This document shows positions 42,511 through 53,657 of a stretch of 64,000 nucleotides of DNA, piece after piece. Position numbers and translations under genes: made by a program. Location of the stretch: positions 384,001 through 448,000 of the forward strand of contig CAWKHF010000012.1 in the NCBI GenBank assembly GCA_963849325.1, in the 5' to 3' direction. Below the pieces are notes generated by a model. The model ran no database searches, had not been told where the DNA came from, and saw only the letters and a program-made list of their open reading frames with translations. How positions within the stretch are numbered: the stretch's first letter is position 1; each line of letters begins with the position of its first letter. The DNA is from an uncultured Planctomycetota bacterium. GTDB lineage: Bacteria > Planctomycetota > Planctomycetia > Gemmatales > Gemmataceae.

Positions 42511-44406
42511 TCACTCCCCATCCCTTCGGCCGTGAGCGGTATTGTCTGCGTTTGGTCTACCGTCGAGTCGGTTGTCCGAGCCGCTTGCGGCTTGGCGTTC
42601 CCCTGCGCTAAGCCGCAAGCGGCTAAGACAACAGACCCCTTTACTCGCGCCGTATCGCCGGAGCGTCGGAGCGACCCATCTGGAGCGAACTGGAGTCGGA
42701 TACGTCCTTCGCCGAGAGCGTTCGGACAGCGCTGGAATCGACGGCCGGGCGCAATTGGGCGAGCCGCAGCCGGGCAGCGGCGGCGCCGGGGCTGGCTTGG
42801 GCACCAGATCCTCTGGGATCGCGTGCGCCAGGACGTTTGCCGGCGGTTGACCCAGGGCCACGAACAGGGCGAACTGGGCCTTGTCGTAATCAACGATGGA
42901 CTCCAGAAGGGCCATCCGCGCCTCGGCGAGCAGACGAAAGCTGTCCAGCAACTCGATGGGCAAGCCCTGGCCGCCCTTGATGCGGCCCAGGTCTTCCTTG
43001 TAACTGTCGCCGCCCGCTTGAACGCCGCGCTCAGCGATGCCGATCTGGGCGTAGCGGGCGTGCGTGCCGGCGTAGGCCGTGGCCACGTCGTTGCGCACCC
43101 GGTTCAGCTCGCGGACCAACTCCAGCTCCGCGATGCGCTGGCCGACCCGACGGCCGCGGATTTTCGCCCAGTTGCCGGCGCCCGCGTTCTGAGCGGTCCA
43201 GAACATGACAACGTCGATGTCATCGCGCGCGGCGAAGCTGCCGAAGCGCGCCTCGGCGAAGCCCTGGAAGCCGCCCGGTTGGCCGATCAAATTGCTGCCG
43301 CCGCCGAAAGAGCCGGCGCTGTAGCCGGCGAGGACCGTCGGCGAGAACGGCAAGACCTGCTGGTTACGCAGTAAATACAGGGCTTCACGGATGGCGGCCC
43401 GACGAGCCGCCAACTCCGGCCGCTGGTTCATGGCGATGGCCAGCAGGTCGTGCATCGGCACCGGGTCGGGAACGACCGGCGTCGGCACCACCCAGCCGTC
43501 CATGATGTGCAGTTGCAGCGACGGCGGCACGTTGATCAGCTGCGCCAGCTTGGCCGAACTGGCCAGCATCTCGCCCTCGGCCTGCACCACGTCGTCGTTG
43601 CGCTTGGCCAACTCCGCGGCGGCGCGGTCGGCGTCGGACTGCTTGCCCTGTCCCGTCCAGGCGTACACGGCGGTCAAGCGGGCGATCTCGTGGGCCGCCT
43701 CCTGGTTCTTCCGGGCGACCAGGTGTCGCCCCTCGGTGCGCAGCAGGTCCATGTACGCCAGGGCCACGCGGAGAAACATCTGGTTGCGCACGGCCAAGCT
43801 CTCGAACTGCTGCACGCGCACATTCTGGCGGATGGCCAGGGCGTTGAACAGACCCTCGGAGACATTGAGGACGTACTGGATCATGGGGACGCCTACCGTG
43901 CCGGCCGCCACCGCCCCGGCACCGCCGCCAAAGTACAGAGCGTTGCGGTTCACCGTGAGGATGTTGCCGCTGGACTGTTGCAGCGGGCCGGTGTGAGCGT
44001 CGTAGTTGGCACCGGCGTTGAGGTTGGGCAGGATCATGGCGTAGGCCGACAGCATCCGCGCCTGGGCCTCGGCCACGCGCTGGCGCGCGATGAGGATGTC
44101 CGGGTTCTCGACGCCGGCCAACCGCAGCACGCAACCCAGATCGATGGCATTGGCGTCCTTGGGCAAGATCGACGGCGGCGCCTGCGGCAACAGCGCCTCA
44201 ATCTCTCCCTCCTTGGGCGGCGGCTTCGACTTGCCGTTCTCCAGACGCTTGGGCGCCGGCAGCTTGTCGTCGCTTCGGGTGACTTGGTTGGCCGCCGCCA
44301 GGTCCGGGCCTTCCTCCGCGGTCGCCAAGCCGGCCGCCAGGCTCCCATACAGCCAGGCCACCAGGAGTCCGCCTCGCCAGAAGCGGGCGTGGTAAGATCG
44401 GTTCAT
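42511..44406 (-). CDS. TolC-family outer membrane factor
   Basis: Signal peptide; LRLAGVENPDI, VALAYMDLL, QRPEL, PIELL, QFALFVALGQPP; the true C-terminus is uncertain because it reads through a REP. Confidence 0.85.
   Translation of the reverse strand: MNRSYHARFWRGGLLVAWLYGSLAAGLATAEEGPDLAAANQVTRSDDKLPAPKRLENGKSKPPPKEGEIEALLPQAPPSILPKDANAIDLGCVLRLAGVENPDILIARQRVAEAQARMLSAYAMILPNLNAGANYDAHTGPLQQSSGNILTVNRNALYFGGGAGAVAAGTVGVPMIQYVLNVSEGLFNALAIRQNVRVQQFESLAVRNQMFLRVALAYMDLLRTEGRHLVARKNQEAAHEIARLTAVYAWTGQGKQSDADRAAAELAKRNDDVVQAEGEMLASSAKLAQLINVPPSLQLHIMDGWVVPTPVVPDPVPMHDLLAIAMNQRPELAARRAAIREALYLLRNQQVLPFSPTVLAGYSAGSFGGGSNLIGQPGGFQGFAEARFGSFAARDDIDVVMFWTAQNAGAGNWAKIRGRRVGQRIAELELVRELNRVRNDVATAYAGTHARYAQIGIAERGVQAGGDSYKEDLGRIKGGQGLPIELLDSFRLLAEARMALLESIVDYDKAQFALFVALGQPPANVLAHAIPEDLVPKPAPAPPLPGCGSPNCARPSIPALSERSRRRTYPTPVRSRWVAPTLRRYGASKGVCCLSRLRLSAGERQAASGSDNRLDGRPNADNTAHGRRDGE
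42579..42624. repeat. REP-like palindrome (AGCCGCTTGCGGCTT.GCG...CGCTAAGCCGCAAGCGGCT)
   Basis: Inverted repeat; related to the outer element at 35223 and a half-site near 29630. Confidence 0.8.
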
Positions 44407-44419
44407 ATCTCCTCCATCC

Positions 44420-44476
44420 GTCCGAGCCTGAAGCGTAAGCGAAGAAATGCTCTTCGCTTACGCTTCAGGCTCGGAC
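44420..44476. repeat. REP-like palindrome, family C (TCCGAGCCTGAAGCGTAAGCGAAG...)
   Basis: Inverted repeat; further copies at 57279 and 60424. Confidence 0.9.
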
Positions 44477-44784
44477 AGGATCTCGCCGGTTTGGGAAGTT
44501 CTTCCAGGACAGGAGCAATCCCCCATCTCCTCACCCCAACCGATTTTCACGGTACAATCGATACAGTCCATAGACCACATTGCCCTTATCGGTTCGGCAG
44601 AGTCCTCAAAATCAGCAAAATCGGCCCAGAATAATTGCGGGCGGGCCAGAATGACTCAAGACAGCGCTATCCCGCTGGGGCGGCGGGGCGCGTATAGTTC
44701 CAATGGGGAGACCTGGCACCTTCCCACCCTTCCGGTGTTCACTGGGGCACACTGGCCGGGCCCTTCGCTTCAAGGAGTCATCTC

Positions 44785-45739
44785 ATGCAGCCTTTCCGCA
44801 ACATCCTGGTCGGCGTCGATCTGGCGCAGTACGATGCGTCCACCCTGCAACCCTCCGCCGTCGCCGGTGAAGTCGCTCACCGGGCCTTATGGCTGGCCGA
44901 GAAAATGTCCGCCCGCCTGACGTTCTTCTCCACCCTCGACCTGGCTCCCGAAACGCTGCCGCACCTGGACGAGACCGACTACCGCTTCCTGGCTACCACC
45001 GCCGAGCAGAACGCCGGCAAGATCCTTCACGGCCTGGTTCATCAGCGCAAGCCCGCAACCTCGAGGCGGCGGACAAGTTGGTGCTGGGCAGCGGCTGGCT
45101 GGAGTTGGTGCGTCAGGTGCTGCGCGACCAGCACGACCTGCTCCTGATCGGCACGCGCGACCGCACCGGACTGGGCCGCATGCTGTTCGGCAGCACCGCC
45201 ATCAAGGTAGTCCGTCGCTGTCCCTGTCCGGTGTGGGTGGCCAAGCCTGGCGGCGACCCCGACCCCCTGAACATTCTCGTCGCCAGCGATCTCTCTCCGG
45301 TAGCCGAGAAGGCGCTGTGCCTGGCCGCCCAGATCGCCCAGCTCACCCCGGCGCGGGTCCACGTGCTCCACGTCGTGGACTTCCCGCTCGACCACATTTG
45401 GAGCACCGGTTTGCCCAGCGCCAAGGAAGAGACCTACCGGCGCGAGGTGCGGCGCAAGGCCAAGGAAGGGCTGCAACGGCAGATTGAGAGCGCGGCGCCT
45501 GCGGCCTGTCGCCGGCCGTCCAGGTTCGTCTCATGGATGACTCGGGAGGTCTGCCGGACGAGGGGGTCCTCGGCTACATCGACAAACACGGGATCGACTT
45601 GTTGATTATGGGGACCATCGGCCGCAGTGGGATTCTTGGCGTGATGATCGGCAACACGGCGGAGCGCCTGCTGCCGGAGCTGTCGTGTTCGCTGCTAGCG
45701 ATCAAGCCCGCAGAGTTCGTCTGCCCCGTGAAGCTGTGA
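44785..45739 (+). CDS. Universal stress protein, tandem USP domains (frameshifted)
   Basis: [45 protein letters not shown]. Confidence 0.9.
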
Positions 45740-45812
45740 AACCTGGCGAGCGGGGGGCGTCAGCCCCCTGTTGGAAGCAACAGGGGGCTGACGCCCCCCG
45801 CTCGCCAAGTTT
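45739..45812. repeat. REP-like palindrome (GGCGAGCGGGGGGCGTCAGCCCCCTG...)
   Basis: Inverted repeat between convergent genes. Confidence 0.85.
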
Positions 45813-45829
45813 TGAACGCGCTGCGCGGA

Positions 45830-48800
45830 TCAGTGCGGTCGCTCGGTGGTGATGGCCTGCCCCGGCGAGGCGTCGTCGGGAGGCGACGCCACACCGCCGT
45901 TGACCGGCACGATGGCCGGGCCGGAGTCGCGGATGACCAGCGAGTACAGGCACGGCACCACGAACAGCGTCGTCACCAGGCCGGCGAGCAAGCCGCCGAT
46001 CACCGCCCGGCCCAGCGGCGTGTTGGCCTCGCTGCCGCGCTCCAGTCCCAGCGCCATCGGCAAGAGAGCGAAGAACGCGGCCAGGGCCGTCATCACCACC
46101 GGCCGCACCCGGATCGACGCCGCCTTGGCCACCGCCGCCGTCGGACTCAATCCTTCCTGCGTTCGGATGTGCTGCGTGAAGTCGGTCAACAGCACCGTGT
46201 TGGACACGACAATGCCGACCATGAAGATCATGCCCAGGAGCGATTGCACGTTCAGAGCCGTGCTCGTCAGGAACAGGATGAGGATTACGCCGACCAGGCC
46301 GACCGGCACCGCCGACATGACCACCAACGGCGTCATCCACGACTTGAACAGGGCCACCATCAGGAAGTAGATCAGCACCGACGCCAGGGCCAGGCCGACC
46401 GTCAAGCTGGTGAACGTCTCCTGCATCTTGGCGTATTCGCCGCTGAGCGTGATCTTGCTGCCGCCCAGCAGTTTCCGCTCCTGGGACGCCGGATCATACG
46501 GCAGCCCAGTCGCCGCGCTGCAACCGTTTGCCGAAGCGACCGACGAGGGCGGCGACATCGTCGGAGACGTGGCCGAGGTCGCGGCCGTAAACGCTCATGG
46601 TCAGGTCGATGGTCGCCTGCAAGTTGGTGTGCGTGACCTCGGCGGGCACCGTGTCGCGCGTCACCTGCGCCAGGTTCTTCAGCGGGATGGGGTTGGGCTG
46701 CCTGGGACTGGTGATGGGGATGTTGCATCAGCGTGTCCAGCGACACGATGTCCTTCTCGGGATACTGCACGCCCACGTAATACTGGTTGTGCGTCTGCGG
46801 ATCGATCCAGAAGTTTTTCTTGTTGAACTGGATACTGTTGTTGACCGAGGCGACGACGTTCTTCATGACATCGACCTGGGTGAGACCGAGGTCGGCGGAC
46901 TTGGTGCGATCGATGTTGACGACGTACTGCGGATAATCGAGGCGCTGCAGGATGCGGCGAATCGACGACGCCGTTAACCGAACGAACGTCGCGCTGGATG
47001 GCGGCGGCGATCTGATGGGCGACGGTCAGGTCCTTGGCGGTGATGCGGACGTTCAGCGGCGTGGACTTGCCCTCGTTCATGGCGCTGCGGATCAGACCGC
47101 CGGCGTCGAAAGCGAACTCCAGGCGCTGAAACGCCGCGTCCTCGGCGAAGGACCGGCGCAGGCGATGGACGTATTCCTGGGCGGACTCGTGGCGTTCCGC
47201 CTTGAGCTGGACGCGGACCACGGTGTCCATCGGCCCAGCGTTGGGCGTGTAGGCGGCGGACCAGTCGGCGACGACGCCGATTTCGCTGATGAGCGTCTCC
47301 AGGTCGTCGCCGAGCGTTTCGCGGACGCGCCGTTCCACCTTGACGATTTCTTTTTCCGTCAGGTCGATGCGCGTTCCGGTGGGAACGCGGACGTACATTT
47401 CAAAGGCGCCGGCATCGACTTCGGGGAAGAACTCGCGGCGCAGTTGGTAGCCCAGTCCGATGACCACGGCGACGAAGAGGACGAAGGCGGAGCCGACGAC
47501 GACGACGCGGTTGCGCATGGTCCGTTGCAGAAGGATGACGTAGATGCGGATGCCGGCCTCGATCATCGCCTCCCAGCGGGCGAAGCCGCGCGAGATGAGT
47601 CCGCGATGCAGCGGCGCAACGCCCTCGGGATGAAGGACATGGGCCTGCAACCACAGGGCGCAGCGCGTCGGCACGAACGAGCGCGACAGGATGTAGGCGA
47701 TAATCATGGCGAAGGCGACGGCTAGGGCCATCGGCCGAAACAGGAAGGCGCCCAGGCCCGGCATCAGCGCCAGCGGCGCCAGCACCAGCAGGGTGCAGCA
47801 GCTGGCCACCAGTTCCGGCATGGCCACCTCACTGGCGCCCAGGTAGGCCGCGTCGCGCGGGTTCGTTCCCATGCTCAGATGGCGATGCGTGTTTTCCAGA
47901 CAAATGATGGCACTGTCCACCAGGGGGCCGATGGCCAGTGACAGGCCGGCCAGCGTCATGACGTTGATGGTCTGTCCCGTGAAGTACAGGGCGATGACCG
48001 CGGCCAGGACCGAGACGGGGATGGTCAGCACGGCGATCAGCGTCATCCGCCACTCCCCCAAAAACAGCAGGATCACCAGCGAGCACAAGATGGCCCCCAG
48101 CACGCCTTCGGTGGCCAGGCTCGTGATCGAGTGCTTGACGTAGACCGACTGGTCCATGACCGGCTTGAGGTCGATGTCATTGCGACTCAAGCGCTCCTTC
48201 ATGTCCGGCAAACTGTCGCGGAGGGCGTTGACCACGTTGAGCGTGCTGGAGCCGACTTGCCGAAACACGGGGATGTACACCTGCCTGCGGCCGTTGACGC
48301 GGACGACGTTGGTCTGGATCATGGCGGCGTCTTGCGGGTCGGCCACATCGCCCAGGAAGATCGGTTTGCCGTTCTCGATCTTGATGGGGATGTCGCGCAT
48401 CTGCGCCACCCGTTCGTACATCGAGTTGGAGTTGATGGCGTAGTCGGTACGGCCGAACTTGGCGTCGCCGGTGGGCAGGAAAATGTTGAACAGGTCGAGG
48501 GCGTCCATCACCTGCACCGGCGACAGATTGCGAGCTTGCAGCTTGGTGCGATCGAGGTAGGCGATGATGGCGCGGACCTTGCCGCCGTAGACCACGGGAG
48601 CGACGGCGCCGGGGTTGGACATGATCATGTTGCGGACTTCGTAGCGACCGACGTCGTAGAGGCTCGACTCGTCCGCCGTGGCGCTGTCCAGGGCGATAAT
48701 CAAGACGGGCGTCGTGCCGGTGGGATCGAATTTGAGGATGACCGGAGGCAGCGTCCCCGGCGGCAGATTGGGGATGGCGGCGGAGGCCAGCGAGTTCACC

Positions 48801-49129
48801 TCGGTCAACGCCCCGTTGGGGTCGATCTCATCGCGATAGTAGTTGCGGATAATGCTGCATCCCAGCAGAGAGCGCGACTCTTGCAGCTTCATGCCGCTGG
48901 ACTGTCCGGTCCAGCGCTCCATGCGGTTGGTGATGTCCTTCTCGATGCTGTCGGCGGGCATGCCGTTGTAGAAGGTGAGCACCTGCACGGCGGGGCTTTT
49001 GAAGACGGGCAGAATGTCCACGGGGACCATTCCGGCCACGAGAATGAGCATGCCGATCAGGGCGATGCTGAGGACCGAAACGGTGACGGCATAGGGGTTG
49101 TTGAGTGAAGCGCGAATCAGCCCGTTCAT
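45830..49129 (-). CDS. RND efflux permease (AcrB/CusA family; frameshifted)
   Basis: TINVMTLAGL, VDSAII.LEN, FFPEVDAG, RVRPVVMT, PLGRAVIGGL. Confidence 0.92.
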
Positions 49130-49155
49130 GATGTTGGCCCCGTGCGATCCCTAAG

Positions 49156-49217
49156 TCCTCGTTTCGCCGCGACGCGCAGCGGAGCGCGCTCCGCTGCGCG
49201 TCGCGGCGAAACGAGGA
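49156..49217. repeat. REP-like palindrome, family A
   Basis: Perfect inverted repeat between MFP and RND genes. Confidence 0.9.
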
Positions 49218-49227
49218 ACGTATTCGG

Positions 49228-50640
49228 TTAGTGACCCGATGAAGGCTTGTTTGCGGCGCCGCTGGCGGCGACGGGGATGTCGTCGCTGAGGTCGCCGCTG
49301 GGGTTGACGACCACGTCGTCCTCCGGCCGCAAACCCTCCAGCACCTCGACCTCGATGCCGTTGTCCAGGCCGGTCTTGATGGAAACCCGGTGCGCCTTGT
49401 CGTCGCGGACGACGTAGACCGAGGCTTTGCCGCCCTCGGCCTTACCCGCCAGACAGGCGGACGGGATGGAGATGGCGTTCTCGATCCGCTTCAGGGTGAT
49501 GGTGACGAGTCCATACATGCCTTGGCGGATCAACCCCTTGGCGGGATCGCTGGTGGTGTTGGGGATGTCGATCTCGCAGCGCATGGTCTTGGTCTGCAAA
49601 TCTTCCGAGGCGGCGATACGCGAGACGGGATAGGTGAACTTCTCGTTGGGCAGGGCGTCGAAGACGATGGCGGCCGAGGCGCCGGGAGCGCAGTAGGGCA
49701 CGTCGCGGTCGGGGATCGGCACCACCATGCGCATGGTCTCGGTGTGCTGCAAGGTCAGCAAGGGAGTAGAAGAGCTGCCGCCGGTGGCCGCCCGGATGAA
49801 GGCGCCGGGGTTGAAGCCGTCGTTGCGGAAGGTGATGACGCCGTCGAAGTCGGCGCGGATGGTGCCGAAGTTGGCCATCACGTGCGCCCGATCCAGCTCG
49901 GCCTTGGTGACGTTGACGCGCTCGTTGGCCTCGATGAGGTCCGCCTCGGCCTGGTCGATCTTGGCCGCCGCCGACTCCTTCTGGGCCTTGGCCGCCTCCA
50001 CCGCCTCCCCGGCGGCGTTGACCGCCTCGAAGGCCGCCTCGCGCCGGTCCTCCTGCTCATCGACCAGCCGCGCGTCGATGCTCCGTTCCTTGAGCAGTTC
50101 GCGGAACCGTTCAGCCTGTCGTTCCCGGAAGACCAGATAGGCGCGGTCGCTCTTGAGCCGAGCCTCGGCGGCCTTGATCTTGGCCTCGACGCCCTTCAAC
50201 TCCGCCTTGGCGTTGCGGATCGCCGCGTCCTTCTGCTTGACCTGGGCCTTGGCCAAACTCAGCGCCGCTATCTGTTCCTCGACGCGCGCTTTCAGATCGG
50301 GCACGGAAATCTCGGCCAGCACGTCGCCCTTTTTCACGAGCGAGCCAATGTCAACCTTGCGCGTCTTCAAATAACCGGAGACTTCCGCGAAAATGTCGGC
50401 CCATTCAAACGCCATGACCGTGCCGGCCTGGGCCGTCTGGCGTTCGAGTCGTCCCGTCTTCGGTTTGACGACTTCGACATGCACATCCGTTGAGAAATCC
50501 GTGGTCTTGGATCCCTCCGCCCCTCGCGCCGTCGCATGGCTCGGGCTTTTCGCCAGGTAAACGCCCGCGCCGGCGACCACCAGGACCACCAGGATGAGCG
50601 GGATGAGCCATAACTTGCCGCTGGCGTGCGTCTCTTGCAT
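49228..50640 (-). CDS. RND periplasmic adaptor (membrane fusion protein)
   Basis: VSGYL..VDIGSLVKKGDVLA, alpha-hairpin, IRADFDGVIT, EVLEGL. Confidence 0.92.
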   Translation of the reverse strand: MQETHASGKLWLIPLILVVLVVAGAGVYLAKSPSHATARGAEGSKTTDFSTDVHVEVVKPKTGRLERQTAQAGTVMAFEWADIFAEVSGYLKTRKVDIGSLVKKGDVLAEISVPDLKARVEEQIAALSLAKAQVKQKDAAIRNAKAELKGVEAKIKAAEARLKSDRAYLVFRERQAERFRELLKERSIDARLVDEQEDRREAAFEAVNAAGEAVEAAKAQKESAAAKIDQAEADLIEANERVNVTKAELDRAHVMANFGTIRADFDGVITFRNDGFNPGAFIRAATGGSSSTPLLTLQHTETMRMVVPIPDRDVPYCAPGASAAIVFDALPNEKFTYPVSRIAASEDLQTKTMRCEIDIPNTTSDPAKGLIRQGMYGLVTITLKRIENAISIPSACLAGKAEGGKASVYVVRDDKAHRVSIKTGLDNGIEVEVLEGLRPEDDVVVNPSGDLSDDIPVAASGAANKPSSGH

Positions 50641-50844
50641 GTTCGTGCTCCTGCCGAGTAGGCCATTCTACCCTTGTGCCGCGCATGGATCGACGAAGAG
50701 GAGGCGACGAAAAAGATACGCAGACCACGTCCCCAGGACATGGTCCCTTGCAGGGTCGATTATGTTCCTTACTGTTTCTTAATCTTATCTTGCACTCTTC
50801 GGCAAGTCACGGCGATTCCCCAACCTTACGAAGAATTAACTTTC

Positions 50845-50898
50845 CGAGCCGGAAGCGGCCGCGAAGAAATAGTGTTCTTCGCGGCCGCTTCCGGCTCG
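50845..50898. repeat. REP-like palindrome, family C variant
   Basis: CGAGCCGGAAGCGGCCGCGAAGAA...TTCTTCGCGGCCGCTTCCGGCTCG. Confidence 0.8.
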
Positions 50899-50920
50899 TA
50901 CCAATGGTCCTGTCGGACGG

Positions 50921-51421
50921 TCAGGGATTTTTCTCTTCGGCCTCGGGGAGAGAAGGGAGAGGGCGGGGAGGAGGAAGCTCGTCTTTGCCCTCCATCGATG
51001 GGGGGACCGAAGGACGAGCGGAAGAAGCGGGTTTCTTCGCCGAGTCAGGGACCGCCGCCGCCGCTCTCTGGTTCCCGGACGGCACGGCATGGAAGGTGAT
51101 GTGGTACACCTGCTCCGCCTCGGAACCGCCGGTGTACCCGAAGTAACTGTCATAGGCGATGCGCTTCCCCAGTTCGCCGCCCACAGCGGCTTCGTGGTCG
51201 ATCTGGAAGCCGCCGGGACATTTCTGGTGCATCAGATACTCGGCCCGGCTGCGGTAATACGTCGGCCATTGATTGGTGTTGGTCGGCATGACGACCACGC
51301 CGCCGTCGGGCGTCTCGCGGACGAAACGGACGGCCGAAGCACAGCCGCACGCGGCCGACAGAAGGAGTAGGCCGAGCAGGACAAGCCGAGACTTCCGCGC
51401 CGAGACGTGCGAGTCGGGCAT
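50921..51421 (-). CDS. Putative lipoprotein
   Basis: Signal LVLLGLLLLSAACGC; GGVV, KCPGG; RBS GGAAGGAGG. Confidence 0.7.
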   Translation of the reverse strand: MPDSHVSARKSRLVLLGLLLLSAACGCASAVRFVRETPDGGVVVMPTNTNQWPTYYRSRAEYLMHQKCPGGFQIDHEAAVGGELGKRIAYDSYFGYTGGSEAEQVYHITFHAVPSGNQRAAAAVPDSAKKPASSARPSVPPSMEGKDELPPPRPLPSLPEAEEKNP

Positions 51422-51648
51422 GGGACCTCCTTCCAGGTACGCGCGAGGGACGGCTATAACGCCGCGGCGCGGAGACTGTCAAGGGGGAGACCTCGAGCGC
51501 TCCCGTCGGATCGACGTGCCTCGTCCAGTCCGGCTTGCAAAGAATTACGGTCGCGGCTATAGGCTCCGCCTTCACCGTCAATTCTGGGGAGAGGGGCGGT
51601 CCCAGGGGACCGTCCACCGTTCGGGGCTTCTGTCAGCGGGAGCACGGC

Positions 51649-53601
51649 ATGAGTCAGAAGAGGTTTCGGTTGGCCGGACTGGCGATGACGCTGGTGCTTT
51701 TCGCCTGCTGGATGGCGCCCGTCGGGACGGTGCTTCACGCTCAAGTTCCGCTGGAGTCCGCGGACACGAACGATCCGCCGGCGGAGGCGGAGACCGTGTC
51801 GGCGGACCTTTTGCCCTCGGCCCCGTCAGCGCCGATGGACGAGGCGTCGATCCGCATGAACCGCATTGAGGCGCAGCTGCGCGACCTGGAATCGTACAAT
51901 CAACAATTGCGGAAGCAGTATCAGCGCTTGATGCGCAAGTACGAGAAAGTCAGCACGACGAGCGAATCGGCGGTGTTCGGCGCCGATGCCAAGAACCCGG
52001 ACGGCAAGGGGGTTCCCGGCGGCGTGGAGGTGGGGCCGGACGCAGCCGGCAAGGAGGAGGGGCCGGACGCGGAAGGCGCGAGCATCGCCGCGGGCACGGG
52101 CGGCTCCCAACGTGCTGGGGCGGGATCGAGGCCGGGAGCCACCGCGCAAGCGCGCATGACTCGCGTTGGCCTGTTTTGGTTCCGAGACAACTCGGCGGAA
52201 ATCGCCGGCCGGGGTCCGTACACGCCCGATATGCCGGCCCACGAACATGAAATCGGCGAGGGCACGTTCCTGGGCGGCCGGGAGAACGGCGTCACCTGGC
52301 ACTCCGCGGACGACTATTTCACGCTCACGTTCCACAACCTGAGCCAGTTGGATTTGCGCGAACCGTTCCAGCAAGGCGACCCGCTGCACGGCGGTTTTAT
52401 CATTCCTCGGCAACGTTGGTATTTTGAAGGCAAAGTCGGCGACTATGCCAATTACGTCACGTCGATCAACCGCGGCTATGCCTCCTTTGACGTTCTCGAT
52501 TCCTACGTGGACTTCATCGTGAATCCGGAATGGCTGTCTTTCCGCGTCGGCCGCATGAAGACGCCGTCGATGTACGAATACATCTCCATTGATGAGGCGA
52601 ACCTGATTGGCCCGGAGCGGTCCATCTACGTGCAAAACTTCGCCGGCAATCGTCAATTAGGCGCCATGGCCCACGGCCGGCTATTCGACCGCCGCTTTGA
52701 ATACTATGTCGGTGCCTTCAACGGCCAGCGGCGTTCCTTCGAGGACTACAACAGCAGTCGCGATTTTTACTCCTACCTGGACTATCGCCCCTTCGTCCAA
52801 TCGGGGATCGATTGGCTCACGGGCTTGCACATGGTCGGGTGTTACAATGGCGGCGAGGAGCGACAGCCCCTCAGTCCGATCGCCCTGCGCACGATGAACC
52901 AGCTGTCCAACAGCAATGCCGCCGCCTTTGTTTCGCCAACCATTTTGGAATTCAATAATGCTGTGTTCGAGAACGGCCCCCGCCAATTCTGGTCTTATGA
53001 AACGGTTTACTACTATAAGAGTTGGGGTTTTCTGAGCGGCCTCCAAGGCGGATATCAGGATTACTCGGTGCTCGCGTCAACATCGACCACGGCGCCAAAA
53101 GGTGCTTCAAGCAGCGCCTCGCCTGCCGCCACAGCGGTGACTTCCCCGTTCGCCTCCACACGTCAGAATGCCAACAACGAGTTCCTCAACGTCAACAGTC
53201 CGTTTCGGACGCATGTGCCGATCATGGGCTGGTCGTTCCAGACGTGGTACTTCCTTACGGGCGAACAAATTACCCGGCGGCGGTATCTGGTGGAACCACG
53301 GAACCCCTATGGCTATTACGATGGTTCCGTCCATCCGGGGGCCATTGAGTTGTTTGCCAAAGTAAGCGACATGCAACTGGGCAGTTCCATCTTCCGAGGC
53401 GGGATCGTCAACCAGGCCTTGTGGACGAACCGCGCCTTCGCCCCGGAAGTCGGTTTCAACTGGTATCTGAACCATTTCGTGAAGTTCACCTTCGATTACC
53501 AGCACGTGTTCCTGGGCAACCCGGTGGTCCTCGATCAGGCGACCAATAAATTCACCAAGGACTACGATTTGTTCCTGTTCCGCACCCAGTTATTCTTCTG
53601 A
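51649..53601 (+). CDS. OprO/OprP-like outer membrane porin
   Basis: Signal peptide, short coiled coil, RVGRMKTP, GFNWYLN, C-terminal FLFRTQLFF beta-signal. Confidence 0.85.
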   Translation: MSQKRFRLAGLAMTLVLFACWMAPVGTVLHAQVPLESADTNDPPAEAETVSADLLPSAPSAPMDEASIRMNRIEAQLRDLESYNQQLRKQYQRLMRKYEKVSTTSESAVFGADAKNPDGKGVPGGVEVGPDAAGKEEGPDAEGASIAAGTGGSQRAGAGSRPGATAQARMTRVGLFWFRDNSAEIAGRGPYTPDMPAHEHEIGEGTFLGGRENGVTWHSADDYFTLTFHNLSQLDLREPFQQGDPLHGGFIIPRQRWYFEGKVGDYANYVTSINRGYASFDVLDSYVDFIVNPEWLSFRVGRMKTPSMYEYISIDEANLIGPERSIYVQNFAGNRQLGAMAHGRLFDRRFEYYVGAFNGQRRSFEDYNSSRDFYSYLDYRPFVQSGIDWLTGLHMVGCYNGGEERQPLSPIALRTMNQLSNSNAAAFVSPTILEFNNAVFENGPRQFWSYETVYYYKSWGFLSGLQGGYQDYSVLASTSTTAPKGASSSASPAATAVTSPFASTRQNANNEFLNVNSPFRTHVPIMGWSFQTWYFLTGEQITRRRYLVEPRNPYGYYDGSVHPGAIELFAKVSDMQLGSSIFRGGIVNQALWTNRAFAPEVGFNWYLNHFVKFTFDYQHVFLGNPVVLDQATNKFTKDYDLFLFRTQLFF

Positions 53602-53657
53602 GAGGGAGGCTCCCAACAGGTTTCGCTTCGTGGCTCGTCTTGCTCGAACCACCGCGC

